Origin: Azolla caroliniana
Taxonomy: Eukaryota; Plantae; Polypodiophyta
Direction: 5' to 3'
Assembly: GCA_043228905.1 (NCBI GenBank)
Contig: JBHGNT010000018.1
Location: 14,136,001-14,200,000, forward strand
Length of the DNA: 64,000 bases
The position numbers and the translations under genes are program-made. Each line of letters starts with the position of its first letter. Position 1 is the first letter of the stretch. The notes beneath the pieces are model-generated. The model was not told the origin of the DNA, did no database searches, and was given only the letters and a program-made list of their open reading frames with translations. This document shows, in pieces, positions 37,481-50,608 of this stretch.

Positions 37481-39109
37481 TTGCGAATGGAGTAATTGAG
37501 ATAGAAAGGGTGTTTCCATTGTCATGTTGTTTTATTACAGACATACTTTTATGATAAATAGAAAGGTACACAGACAGACCGACCGATAGATAGATAGATT
37601 CAATTATCGTCTTTAGAGGTCAAATATGACGTATGAGACCAAAAATTACATTCCATGTAATACATGTGAAAGTGAGCAGTGACTATCGATGTTCAAGAAC
37701 TTTACCAATGAATGTTCAAATGGAGAGGGTATGTAATGGCTAGAGAAGAATTGTGCAATGATTGGATTTGGTCCAAGATGTGTGGAAAGCATTGTGCAAT
37801 ATGATCAAAAGTAGAGCATTGTATCAAAGTGTGATACTCAAATTCCTTAACTTGTATTTGGCAAAGTGTGCATAGTCAACCAATCTCATCACTAGTGCCC
37901 CAATGCCTCGTCTCACATCACAATGTGTGACTCTTAGGCTACTTTATAATAGTGCCCTCTTGAGATCCAAATCTAGAACTATTAACATCCAAAATAAAAA
38001 TTCATTTCAAAGAAAAACTACATTAGACATTAACAAAATTGACATAAAAAAATAAATATTCATGGTTTCACAACAATACAAGTACATACCAAGACTTCAT
38101 CAAACCTTTGGATGCATTTGTAGATATTTCCAAACATACACACATATTTAGTTTAAAAACATATTTGTGTATATGTTCATACATACACACATATTTAGCA
38201 AGAAATGTCTTCAGTAAATTAGATGGGATATCAAAAACCATTGTCATGATGTGGGGTGTGCATATGAGGAATTTAGTTAAACTAGGATTATTAAAAAGGT
38301 TGATTAGTAGATCGACAGTGTGAAGATAAAGACATATTATTATTATTATTTAGGAAAGAAAAGGCGTGGCGTACTTTTTATTTGGGAAATAAGCCTCCTT
38401 CATCCTACAAAAGGGTGAAGAGAACGCAAACAAGGGGGTGGGAATAAAGGGGAAAGAGGTGGAAACTATGTCAAATTGAGAAGCGAGGGTAGTAAATCAA
38501 AAGGGTGTGTAAGACCAACATCGACAAGAGGCGACATGGTCGTCGATCTTTGGGAGGTTACACCGAAATTGAAGGACTTTCCCCTGAAGCTTCACTATTA
38601 TTCTTTTCTTCATCATCATCATCATCTTCTTCGCTACAATATACTTTTTGTTTTAGGGTTTTATTTACATCTTTTTATGGCATTTAGGGTTCTTAGTTCA
38701 TGTATAATTTCTGAAAATTTATCATCGTTGTAATAAAAACTCCAAAATATTGTAAACTGTTATGTACACATAACGTTGGTGAGGGTAGGTCACTAATATT
38801 TACATTAGTGAAGGGTATGTTCACTAATGTTTAAAAAGGGGCTAATGTGATTGGATAGAAGGAATGATAGGTGCATGCACTATCATGATTTGGGCAACCA
38901 ATGAATTGGAGACCCTTTTAAAAGGCACATCTATTCAAGGGGCCTAGGAAAATGTATAAACATAAGGCTTAGCTACCCGCATAAGCACATTACGTCGGAA
39001 GGCTGTTATCTTAGACACGGGTGGTGTGGGCTAGGCTTTCGTCTTGACAATCGTGTTTATCTCTTCCAAGGTATTAGTCATCCTAATATCTAGCGGTATG
39101 GGACGTCGG

Positions 39110-39290
39110 TGTTAGGTTGGCTATGTCTAGATCATAGCTCAATCCAATCTATTTTCCTTCTTTTACATTACTTTGGTCTATTGATTAGTAATAGACTCTT
39201 AACAGTGGTATCAGAGCATTTACTAACAAGATGTTTTTTGTGTGTGAGCGATGGGGATCTAACAAGGCTCATCTTGCTCTTCATTAGATT
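39110..39290 (+). mobile_element. Truncated LTR end with tRNA-iMet PBS (Copia-like remnant)
   Basis: ...CTCTTAACA (ends 39204), G, then TGGTATCAGAGC at 39206-39217. Nothing coding recognisable beyond; boundaries approximate. Confidence 0.55.
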
Positions 39291-42200
39291 GTTAGAAACG
39301 GTGCCACAAACAACCCCATCTTGGACCGATGGTGGGGTAGCCGAGTCAGAATCGACCTTCTTCGAAGGATGGGAAACTGAATTGACCTTCATAGTTGTGA
39401 ATGTTAATGTGTGGAAGCATTGGACAGAACTGACTCAGCCGCATAGCAACAGAGAATAAGATGAAGGTTTAATGGAGAAGCTTAATACACAGAGAGTATA
39501 TACGGGAGAAACAGAGAGAGCAGAACATAGACTATATTCAAAAATAACTCTACAACTCTGTACATACAACTTGCTAAACAACACTATTTATACAAGTCCA
39601 TAAAGGACTGACAGGTACTTCAATGCTCATACATGCGACTGACACTAACTACGAGACAATGATTACCTCGTAGTCTAGGCTACTACTAAGCTTCTGGTTC
39701 CCGCTCGAATCTGGCTCTTCGATCCGTCTCCCCGATCCGGCCGGTTGTTTTCGGATACCGATCCGGATCCGGTTGAGCTTGCGTGTTCAACACTCCCCTT
39801 CAAGCTCAACTTGAGGTCGGATCATGGTGTTAGTGTCTATGGCAGCCGGTCCTTCCACTTGACTCCTTCTAGGGTCGTCACACCTTGCTCGCGCTCCTCG
39901 TCCGGTCCGGTTCCGCTTCCCGTGACCCGTCTGGTAATGTGTGCCTCGACCTCCTCGGTCGGCTTGTCTGTTCAACATGCCCATTTCAGCTCCCTTGTTG
40001 TTGCGACTCCGGCGCTTGTCGACCCATCGGTTCATTTGTGTTGGCGTCGACTTCCGCTGCGTCCATGTCCGTTTGGCCTTTAGTTGATCCGTCTTCTCCG
40101 AATCTTGAACCGAATCGGTTTCCTTCAATTCGTTCCAGCTCTTGTTCAAGTCGGGGTTCTCCAACTCGTCTTCCGGTTTCAAGCCCTTCACCACATCGGA
40201 CCACGTCCGGATCTTGGCCTTTTTCTTCCGGTCGGCTCTGTCCTTCTTGACTCTACCGCCGTTGCCACTTGTTCCGACTTGTTCGGATGTGCCGACTTCC
40301 TTCGTCGACTCAACTTCCTTTTTCCTCTTGTCTCCCCCTTTGTTGGTTCTTTCTTGCTCTCCGGCTCCTTGTCCGGTGCCATCCATTCCCTTTCCTTTTC
40401 TCCCCCTCAAGTGCGGCACGTCAAGATGCTGAACACCAAGCAACTTGTCCGATCCGAGCAGTTTGGTGAAGATATCGGCAACTTGCCGATCCGTCTGAAC
40501 ATAACAAAGTTCAACTTCACCGCTCATGCACGAAGTGATAATGCACTTCTATGTGCTTTGTCTGAGCATGGAACACGGGGTTCTTGGCAAGCTGAATGTT
40601 GCTCAAGTTGTCACAATAGATTAGTATCGGGGTCGGTACCTCAATCCGCAGGTCTTGCAGCAGTCGCCGAAGCTAGATGGCTTCACAGGTGGCATTGGTA
40701 GTGCCCCGATACTCAGCCTTAGTGCTCGACAGAGCCACTGTTGGCTGCTTTTGGCTGCTCCATGCAACAGTCGCGCTACCTAGAGAAAACATGTAACCGG
40801 AGGTGGATCGGCAATCCTATGCATCACCGGCCTAGTCGGCATTTGTATATTTGACTAGCTCTTCGGTTATACCATGTCGGTATAACAATCCCCAGTCCTT
40901 CGTGCCGCTCACATATCACAATATTCGATGTGCGCATTGAAGGTACTCCACGGTTGGCTTCTGCATGAATTGGTTGATCACACCAACTAGATAACTGATA
41001 TCGGGTCGGGTGATTCTCAAGTATATCAGGCTTCCGACAATTTGTCGGAACCGTTTCTCATCGCAGGTTGGTCCGGAGTTGGAACAGAGCTTCTGGTTCC
41101 GGTCCAAGGATGTGGAGACAGGTCGACATTTCGTCATGCCAAACTTGTACAACATATTCAACACATAGTGTCGTTGTGAGAGCAATATGCCGTCGGGGGT
41201 TCGGATCACCTCAATCACAAGAAAATAATGAAGGTACCCCTAGGTTCTTCATTTCAAATGCGTCCGACAGCTAGGGCTTTACTCAGCTGATTTCATTGAG
41301 TCCAGGTCCGGTGATGACTAAATCATCAACATAAAGTAGGATGTAAACCGAATCGTCCAAACCTTTCCGGATGAACAACGACAAGCCGGATTTAGAGGTC
41401 ACAAACCCCATCTTACGCAACCAGTGTGTGATCTTTGCATTCCAAGCTCGGGGGGCTTGTTTCAGACCGTAAAGTGACTTCTTAAGTCGGCACACCGCCG
41501 ACTTGTTCATCTCTGACTAAAAACCGGGAGGTTGGATCATATTGACCCATTCTTCAAGGTCACCTTGAAGAAACGCATTCTTCACGTCCATCTGGTGAAG
41601 ATGCCACCCCCTTGCCGCAGCAACCGCTAGTACCACACGAACCGTCGTCATCTTCGCTATCGGAGCGAAGGTCTTGTCGTAGTCGATTCCGTGGGTTTGT
41701 GCGTATCCCTTCGCCACTAACCAAGCCTTGTACCAATTAACCGAACCGTCGGCATTGTACTTTACCTTGTACACCCATTTGCAATCGATTGGTTTATAGT
41801 GTCGGGGAGGGTCAATGAGGTCCCATGTGTTGTTGGCATCGAGTGCTTGCATTTCTTCCTCCATAGCGGCACGCCAATTTGCTTCATGTGCCGCTTCTGC
41901 GTAGCTCTCCGGCTCACGCACTTCTGCAACTTTGGTCATGTACGCATAGTGATGCGCCATGTACTCATTGTACCCGTACCGCGTAACGGGGTTCTTCTGG
42001 CGGGATGACCGGCGTAACTTGTCATTACCCACTTTGAGGCCCTTCTTGGCTGATTCAGATTTCCTTTCTGAAGATCCACCTTCATCCTTTCCGGAGTCGG
42101 ATTTGCTCCGATCCGAATCAATGTTGCCGGTTTCGTATTCCGACATCTTCTTCTTCCCCTTCTCTTTGCGCGTGAACCGTCTCCTCAATTCCTTGCGCGG

Positions 42201-42989
42201 GGAGAGCACGATATAGTCTCCACTACTCATCGGTTCCTCATCTGACTGGTCATCCCGATTCAACCGCTCATTCGGTCCACTTAGCCGGAATGAGATTGGA
42301 CTCTCTTCTAGAGTGCCGAAGTCTTCATCTTCTACATGGACCTCCTCGGGCTCGCTAGCCTCATCTTCCGGAATCGGGCCTTCGTCGGGAGTTGGAGTCG
42401 GTAAGGAGTACCATGATGCCGTCACATCAAACTCGACATCTTGGCTTACTCGGACTTGCTTAGTCCGAGGGTTATAACACTTATACCCCTTTTGCTCATG
42501 CAAGTAACCGACTAGGATGCACTTCTCCGACTTTGGATCCAGCTTCCTCCGTGTCTCATCTGGTACGTGCACATATGCTATGCTACTGAATATTAGAAGG
42601 TGTCTCAAATTCGGCTTTCGCCCGAAATACAGCTCGTGTGCTGACACCTTGTCACTGATCCGGTTTTGGATGTAGATGGTCGTCCAGACCGCCTCAACCT
42701 AGTAGAAATGGGGCAAGCTCTTCTCCTCCAGCATTGCCCTTGTCGCATCGATAATCAACCGATTCTTCCTTTCGGCCACACCGTTTTGCTCCGGTGTGTA
42801 TCTACAGCTGAATTCTCTCCGAATTCTGTTCTGCTGCAGATAACCGTTGAATTGGTCGGAAAAGTATTCTTTCCCGCCATCCGACCATAGGCACTTGATC
42901 TTCCTCTTCGTTTCCCGTTCAACCAAGTTGTGAAGGTTACGAAAACACTCGAAGACTTCGCTCTTCCTCTCGATGAGGTAGATACACGT

Positions 42990-44141
42990 TGTCGTGGAAA
43001 TCCGTCAGTATGTGCGGATCGCGAGGCGGAACCGATGGGGTTCTGGACTAGAATGATGTAGTGCAACACGTACAACACAAGCAAAATTCACATATAAGAC
43101 GAGTAGATGAGAGAAAACGTTCGTTTATATCATAAGAAAATAGATTCTTCTATAATTCAAGAATCTTGTTACAACGGGTTGGAGATGAAAATGAGAGATA
43201 AATTTTTTTAAAGAAAGGAGCCAACAACCATGTAAGGAGTGGTCCAATATGAATATGAGAGATAGTTTTTGACAAGAAAGATTGAGCAAGCCAAGCCAAG
43301 AGTTTGATATTAATCTGAGAGATAATTTGTTTTGGAATCCTCGAGAGAAGAAGAAGGAAGGAAAAAAAAAACTAGAGGGAAAAATGGAACATATATATCG
43401 AGCTCTTTGTTGATCCCCCTTCCCAATGTTACTTTGCATGTCCACTTTTAGTTGCATGGCCTTGGCTTTTAGCTGCATGCGACCGTCCGTATAATTCGGC
43501 CAAATGACCCAATCATCCATAAAGTTTAGCCCGTGCGTAACCCGTACGTGCGTTGCAACCAAATCGTAGACGCATCCGTGCACAAAAGTCCCAACCGCGC
43601 CGCATACACACACACGCGTCCGTCCGAAACATCCACGCGGCGGTGCACGCGTACGCCCGAAACTTGCACACGCGCGCATCCGCGTACTCATCCGCACACA
43701 CGCATCCGTCCGAAACGTCCACACGACGGTGCACGAGTACGCTCGAAACTTGCACATGCGCATACGTCCGAAAACATCCACACAACCGTGCAAGCACACA
43801 TGCGTACGCCCGAAGCGTCCACAACACACAATGTCGCCCAAGTCACCTTGAACATTTTGTGCTCCACACATTGATATAACGAATATGTTTTGGTTTCCGT
43901 TATATATCCGGGGTTCCAATGTTGTCCTATCTATGTGGGATATGTCACAGTTTTGTCTTTTCTTTTTTTTTTTTCTTCAAACTTCACACTCACATAGCTT
44001 GATACTTGTTATCCGTTTTATGCGTAGTAAAATACGCTATGAAGCTCTTGAAGACATCTATCTTCCCATATGAATACATTAAGCTAGTCTTAAATAATTG
44101 TTTTATTATTTTTCATATCGTGTGTGAAAAACCACACGACA
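42990..44141 (-). mobile_element. Solo LTR (1152 bp) with 4-bp TSD, in the Copia A2 integrase
   Basis: Termini TGTCGTG...CACGACA; TSD ACGT at 42986-42989 and 44142-44145. Removing it restores host SRHTCIYLI. CpG-rich subrepeats at ~43570-43830. Strand inferred. Confidence 0.88.
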
Positions 44142-44227
44142 ACGTGTGCCGACTGTAGTCGTCAATGAAGGAGACGAAATATCGACTCCCGCCAAGACTA
44201 ACGTTTTGTGTTGGTCCCCATACATCC

Positions 44228-44620
44228 TGTAAAGAATCGGGTATGATTCTTGTGAAGCGGAAGAGATGTGAGTTATGTGTGTGTATGAGAGAGAGAGAGT
44301 GAGTGAGAGAGAGAGACAAGGAGTAAGACACAGAGTATACGCAAGGTAGATTGTATTAACAAGGAGAAAGACTCAACACAATACAAGGTGGGAGGAGGGT
44401 GCTTTATATAGTCACCCTCTCTCTTCATTAACTACAAGGCTCATGGAGCATGGGGAATGTGAAAGCTCATAAGTTATGTGTCATAGAATATGATTCTATG
44501 ACTCATACTAAATGCTAGAATACAAAGAGGTGACTTAATGGTGACTCTTGACCGTTGGAGTGTCTATTCAAACTCAAGGTGAGTTCACACACTAGACCAA
44601 GTTGAGCTTGATTCTCAACA
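44228..44620 (-). mobile_element. Solo LTR (393 bp), Copia related to family A
   Basis: TG..CA; TSD CATCC at 44223-44227 and 44621-44625. Splits integrase HSDV|WGP. End GTTGAGCTTGATTCTCAACA resembles the family A LTR end. Confidence 0.92.
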
Positions 44621-47600
44621 CATCCGAATGGATTAGGTCGAGCTTGTTACGGCTCTGGTTTCGTTCGGTGGGGAATGGAAGCCGGTGTTGCTTCCCGAGT
44701 TGGCAAGCTTCACAAATTTCGGCCTTGCGGCCACTGAATTTCGGCAATCCAAACACAGCTTGTTTCGATTGCAGGTCTTGAAGCCTCTGGTAATTGACGT
44801 GGCCAATCCACTTGTGCCTAAGATCAATGTCCGATTTAATCTTCTGTCCTTTGGCAAACATGACGATGCCGACGTCATTAGTGTTGAGGATGAACATCCT
44901 CCCTTCTCTACGCCCTTGCGCGATTATCTGGCCTTCTTCTTCGATGAAGCACCCTAGGTTCGTAAACCGCACCTGCATCCCCTAGTTGACGATTTGTCCA
45001 ACTGACACCAGGTTCTTTGTGATAGTCGGAACGTGTAGTACGTTCATCAGTTTCCCCATTTGTCCGACATGCACAATCGGATGAGGGGTGTCGTCTCTGG
45101 TGTCGACAATCCCTGGTTGTTCTAGCTTCTCCAAAAAAGAGAACCACTCTTCATGGCTCGTCATGTGGTTGGACGCTCTAGAATCAATGTACTGTCAGGA
45201 ATAGTACTAAAGTAGAGATGGAATTAGTACTAAAGAAGAGCAATACTATTAGTATTAAGCGGACGGGACTGCGTAAGATTCCCGAGAGAGGAAGCGAGAA
45301 GAGGAGAGAGAGAGATAGCGAGAATGAGAGAGAGAAAGATGATGACAGTAGCTAATATATTATGTGAAAAGATAAGTACAAAGTGGCTAAGAGGCTTAAG
45401 ACTGGCGTTGAACCAATTTGGTTCAAAACAATGCCTTGTGCTTCCTTTTATAGTGTTTTTAGGAATAATCGTGAAGCTTCTAGAATGTTCCAGAGAGATC
45501 TGGAATATACATCAATTTTCTATGATAAAGCATAAATGAAAATAATATCCTACAAATTACAATTCATAGTCTAATGGTAAGAGCTCGACCCATGTAGCAT
45601 AAGGTCATGGGTTCGAGTCTTGCCATATCATGACACTATCTCCCCTTTAAAGACGACGAGTGGAACGAGTCGACGTTGATTGCGGACCGGGTTTGTCCGG
45701 ACCACATGCTCGACGGGTTCCCAAGTACGTTCGCTCGAACTATAACCAAACCAATCGACCAAATAATAAAGTTTGTTGCGAACAAGTTTGGAATCGAGGA
45801 TGGCATCAACTTCATACTCCGGGCCGACGTCCAACTCCAGCGGTGGTGTCACACGATCGGGAATGGTATTTGCTTTATAAGGTTCAAGAAGAGAACAATG
45901 GACAACTGGATGTATCTGAAGCTGCGGAGGGAGATCAAGGCGGAATGTGACATCATTAACCTTACCCGTAATACGAAAAGACCGAGTCGTCGATAATCCA
46001 ACTTGTCGCACGGTCGAGTAGTCTTGATGTGACGACGTAAGAGCCATACTCGATCTCCGATGGCAAAAGAGGAGGGAATCCGATGATGATCCGCATATGT
46101 CTTCTATGTGTGTTGAGCATGACGAAGGTGAGTAGAGAGATCCATCTGGATCTTGCGTAGCCTCTCCAAATGATCCTCAGCACGAGGTTATACGCTCCCT
46201 GTAGATCGGTTTTGGTAAAAAACTTGGCACCATTAACTCGCTCTAAAAGAGTTGATATAAGAGGAAGTGCATACCTATTCCGGATGGTGACCTTATTCAT
46301 CCGCGGTAATCAATGACGAGACGAAGTGAGCCATCTTTCTTCTTGACAAAGAAGATGGGTGCACCGGTCGGAGATTTTGAATGACGGATGAACCCGCTTA
46401 CCAAGTTCTCCTCTATGTAGGCTCGAAGGACTTCTAACTCGGTGGGTGACAAGTTGTAAATTGGTCCCCATGGTGGCTCGGTTCCTGGTTGTAAATCGAT
46501 GGGACAATCATAGGGACGGTGATGAGGAAGGGTATCGGCTTTTACCTTGTCAAATACATCGGCATAAGGATGATATTTTGCCGGAAGTTGTACTGAGGAG
46601 TCCTTAATAGTGCTAGAAGGATGTACTGATATTGCAAATAGGAACATTGCCTCCTTGTGTCCTTCTTCGCGTAATTGATGGAGTGAAATGGTCAAAACTC
46701 GGTGAGTAGATTCTTGGGGTGGTCGATATCGGACTTCTCTTGTTCTCCAATCTATGGTTGGATTATGTAATTCAAACCAAGGTAATCCTAGGACAATGGG
46801 ATGTTCTGGACTACTAATTATATTAAATGATATTACACACACAAAACTACCTAGGACAACTTGAATGCGTTCTGATTCTTCTACAATATTCCCGGAAGCA
46901 ATGGGACGACCATCAATGACTACCACAGATGCGGGACAAGGAAGTTTTCTTAAGGATATCTGAGAAGCTTGGGCAAAATTTCGATCCATGAAACATGAAT
47001 TAGCTCCGGAATCTAAAAGTGCTAGGACGGGTATTGGGGGAGTACTTTTAGTACTAACAATGACTTGGGCTAGGAACACATTGCTAACTTGCTTGGAAGG
47101 AATGGAACCACTAATGGGCTGTATAGATCTAGGGCTGTTGTCCAACCAAACGGCTCCTATTTTGGCTGGACTCAATCGTTTAACTCTTCATCTAATTGAC
47201 TAAGGATTTCAAATTTGTTTGAGATACTTGGGCTATTAGTACTATGAATATTATCTGACACTCTATTAGTACTATTAATACTATCAGACACTCCGAAGGG
47301 AAGAATTGACTCGGGTTTAGTATAGGCGACGATTTGATTTACCTGTCTTCTTGGCCTATGGGGAAAATTGATGGTGATATGCCCTGGTCCACCACAATAA
47401 AGACATAATCGATTGGCACGTCGTCGTTTCTTTTCTTCTTCCGATAACGGGCCGCGTCGACGCATGGTGTCGATCTCCATCGGTGTCAGAATATTGGCTT
47501 GAGGTACATCGCGTGCACATGGTTTAGCCATGACTGAGGCGTATGTGGGTTCCGGCCGAGAGTGTGGTATTTGTAACTGACATTCCGAACGCCGTTCAAA

Positions 47601-48258
47601 AAGGCGGTTGTCGCATCGGACCGCTCGATTGATTGCCTCCGTAAGAGACTTTGGTTCTTCGGGGAAGGTTAAAAGCAAGTCTTTGACATCGTTGCGCAAG
47701 CCGTAGCGAAACTGCTCCATGAGGGCCTGATCATCCCAGGGGATATCTGAGGCGAGTAGACGGAAATCTGCCGCGTAGGCAAAGGCTGGACAATCGCCTT
47801 GACGTAATCTTCGGATCTTATTGATTGTCAACCTGATGTTGTCGGTATCTCCAAAGCAGGCTTTAAACTCACCAATAAAATCTTCAAAGTTATTAAGCAA
47901 GGGCGATTGTTTTTCTAGAAGCGGAGCGAACCATGCCAAGGCTGAGCCGCTAAGTAACGTGCCTATTAGGCCGACTCGAGATGCATCAGTGGGATATCGG
48001 GAAGGATGCATCTGGATGACTAAGCGTACCTAATTAAGGAATCCCCAGAATTGCGATCGTGTTCCATCAAATTTCACAGGAAGTCCAATCTTGGGCTCTT
48101 TATGAAATCCTTGGGGACTTGATCCTTGTTGTTGCAACGCTGCTTCGAGTTGTTGTACCCGTAACGCTAACTCCCCATGTTGTTGTTGCGTTTGTTGTTT
48201 TTCTAGAGTGATTTGTTGCAGATCCCCTATCAACTGTTGGTTTTCTTGTTCCAGGGCA

Positions 48259-48339
48259 TGGGTTCTAGACCGTGAGGTCAATACAAGGAGTGCGAACGGT
48301 ATACAATCGGTGGGTAAATGTGAGATTAAGAGTGAGAAT

Positions 48340-48379
<40 letters not shown>

Positions 48380-48694
48380 TGCACAAAGAATTGTGAGTTC
48401 TAGACCGTGAGGTCAATACAAGGAGTGCGAACGGTATACAATTGGTGGGTGAATGTGAGATTAAGAGTGAGAATTATAGAGAGAGAGAGAGAGAGAGAGA
48501 TATGTACAAAGTTTAGAGAGAGAGAAATAGACTAAAGACTAATTCATATTAAGAAACTTAAAAAGTAATACAAAGAAATGGTCGATGTGGCAAACTAGTT
48601 TCGCTCCTACGGAGCTCATCAGTGCACAAGACCATTTAGAATTGGAGGGGTTTATATAGGGAAGATAAGGATGTGTGTGTGTGTGTGTGTGTGC

Positions 48695-48754
<60 letters not shown>

Positions 48755-50608
48755 TAGTGTGTGTGTGTGTGTTCAAATTTGATGATGTAGGAGATATGGG
48801 GTTTGATATATTTGGTGTGGGATAGAAGATTTTTTGGGGTTATTTGAAAAACATGTAGGGGAGTGTGAGAGAGGAAGAGAGAGGAAGGGTAAGAGAGAAG
48901 TGTGTGAGGTGGGAGTTAGGGATGGTGAAGTACGTTAGAATGTATGGAGATCTTTGAAAAAAGGAGGGGGGTAGGAAGAATTGGAGGGTATATTGGAAAT
49001 TAAAGTGGAGGAGGAAAGGGTAGAGTGAGATTAAGAAGAATGAAAGGGGGAGGGGTACGAGAAATTTACTAAAAGAGGGAGGGGTATGAATGTAATTCTG
49101 GAAAAAAGGAAGGGGGAAAGGGGTAGATTGAAATTAGTGAACGAGACATGGGTAGAGTAAATTGACAAAGTGGGAATGAAGTGAAAAGATCACCAAGAAC
49201 GATTCAAGCGCACCCAAATCGTTTCATATACTTGGCGTGAGTTAGGGAAAGGTAGGGGTAAAGTTAGAGTGGCAATGAAAAAGTAAAGGGAGGGGTAGAA
49301 GATCAAATTAGGAAAAATAAGGGGGAGGTGATGGTTAGAAAAAATCAAATAAAATAAAATTTGGAAACAATAAAAGGTGAGGGGAGGGGTAGGATTAGAA
49401 AATAGGAAAAAGGAGAATGAGGGGAAGAGGCTAAAAATTAAGAGGTGAGGGGTAGAATTGGAAAATAGGAGAAACTGAATTAGGGGAGGATGCTAAAAGT
49501 TAAAATGTGAGGGGTAGAGTTAAAGATAAGGAAAAGTAAGGGGAGGGTATAGTGAAAATATTGAAAAGTTAGGGAAGGGGTAGAGTTAAAGATAAGGAAA
49601 AGTAAGGGGGAGGGTATAGTGAAAATATGGAAAAGTTAGGGAAGGGATAGAGTTAAATATAAGGAAAAGTAAGGGGGAGGGTATAGTGAAAATATGGAAA
49701 AGTTAGGGAAGGGATAGAGTTAAAGATAAGGAAAAGTAAGGGGGAGGGAGGGTATAGTGAAAATATTGAAAAGTTTGGGAAGGGGTAGAGTTAAAGATAA
49801 GGAAAAATAAGGGGGAGGATATAGTGAAAAATTATATGGAAAGGTTTGGGAAGGGGTAGAGTTAAAGATAAGGGAAAGTAAGGGGGAGGGTATAGTGAAA
49901 ATATGGAAAAGTTAGGGGAGGGGTAGAGTTAAAGATAAGGAAAAGTAAGGGGGAGGGTATAGTGGAAATATCGAAAAGTTAGGGAAGGGGTAGAGTTGAA
50001 AATAGGTAAGGGTATGTTGAGAATTAGGTAAAGATAAAAGAGGGGTAAAGTTAATATAGAGAGAGACTATGGGGGAAGGATATCATGCAAGAGAAAGTGA
50101 GTGGGAGGGAGAGTGATGCAAGGTATATTGGTTACAACGGAAGGGTAGAACATATGTTGAATACAAATGCCGGCTACAATGTAATCCCGTGCATTGGAAA
50201 GGAAAGGAAATACTAAGATTATGCAAAATGCCAACTATTGAAAGTAGTCCCTATGCACACATACTAAAAGAGACAAAAGGGAATGCATGGCTACCGAATG
50301 TAGTCCCATGCTTACAATGAAAAGATGTAAGGAAGTGAGAGATAATATGTTGAAGGCATGTTGGGATGCCGATGATGCCGTTGCAAATGCCTTCCACTTG
50401 AAATGAGGGAACTCGACACGAAGTGGATACTCGAAGGGCGTCGATCATATGCCATCGTGGGTTCACGTCTCTATGGATTGGTCCTCCATAGAAATTACTA
50501 CGAATTGTGAGTTCTAGACCGTGAGGTCAATACAAGTTAATCTCACATTCACCCACCGATTGTATACCGTTCGCACTCCTTGTATTGACCTCACGGTCTA
50601 GAACTCAC
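48259..50608. mobile_element. Non-coding insert with ~70-bp terminal inverted repeats and internal direct copies
   Basis: Motif GTTCTAGACCGTGAGGTCAATACAAGGAGTGCGAACGGTATACAA... occurs direct at ~48260 and ~48395, partial at ~50507, and inverted at 50537-50608. Contains (GA)n/(GT)n tracts. Confidence 0.7.
49511..50003. repeat. ~67-bp purine-rich minisatellite, about 7 copies
   Basis: Unit GGGGTAGAGTTAAAGATAAGGAAAAGTAAGGGGGAGGGTATAGTGAAAATATGGAAAAGTTAGGGAA starts near 49511, 49577, 49644, 49711, 49782, 49853, 49920 and 49987. Confidence 0.92.

Noticed and set aside
43125-43919. 264-aa ORF and overlapping ORFs
   Set aside because: By-product of GC-rich subrepeats inside a solo LTR.
45560-45635. 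tRNA gene
   Set aside because: A/B boxes are present but acceptor and anticodon stems do not form, and the sequence is part of both LTRs. Reported as a motif only.
49511-50003. CRISPR-like array
   Set aside because: Head-to-tail repeats without unique spacers, in eukaryotic context with no cas genes.
48259-50608. DIRS/tyrosine-recombinase retrotransposon
   Set aside because: The inverted termini are suggestive, but there is no RT or recombinase coding sequence.
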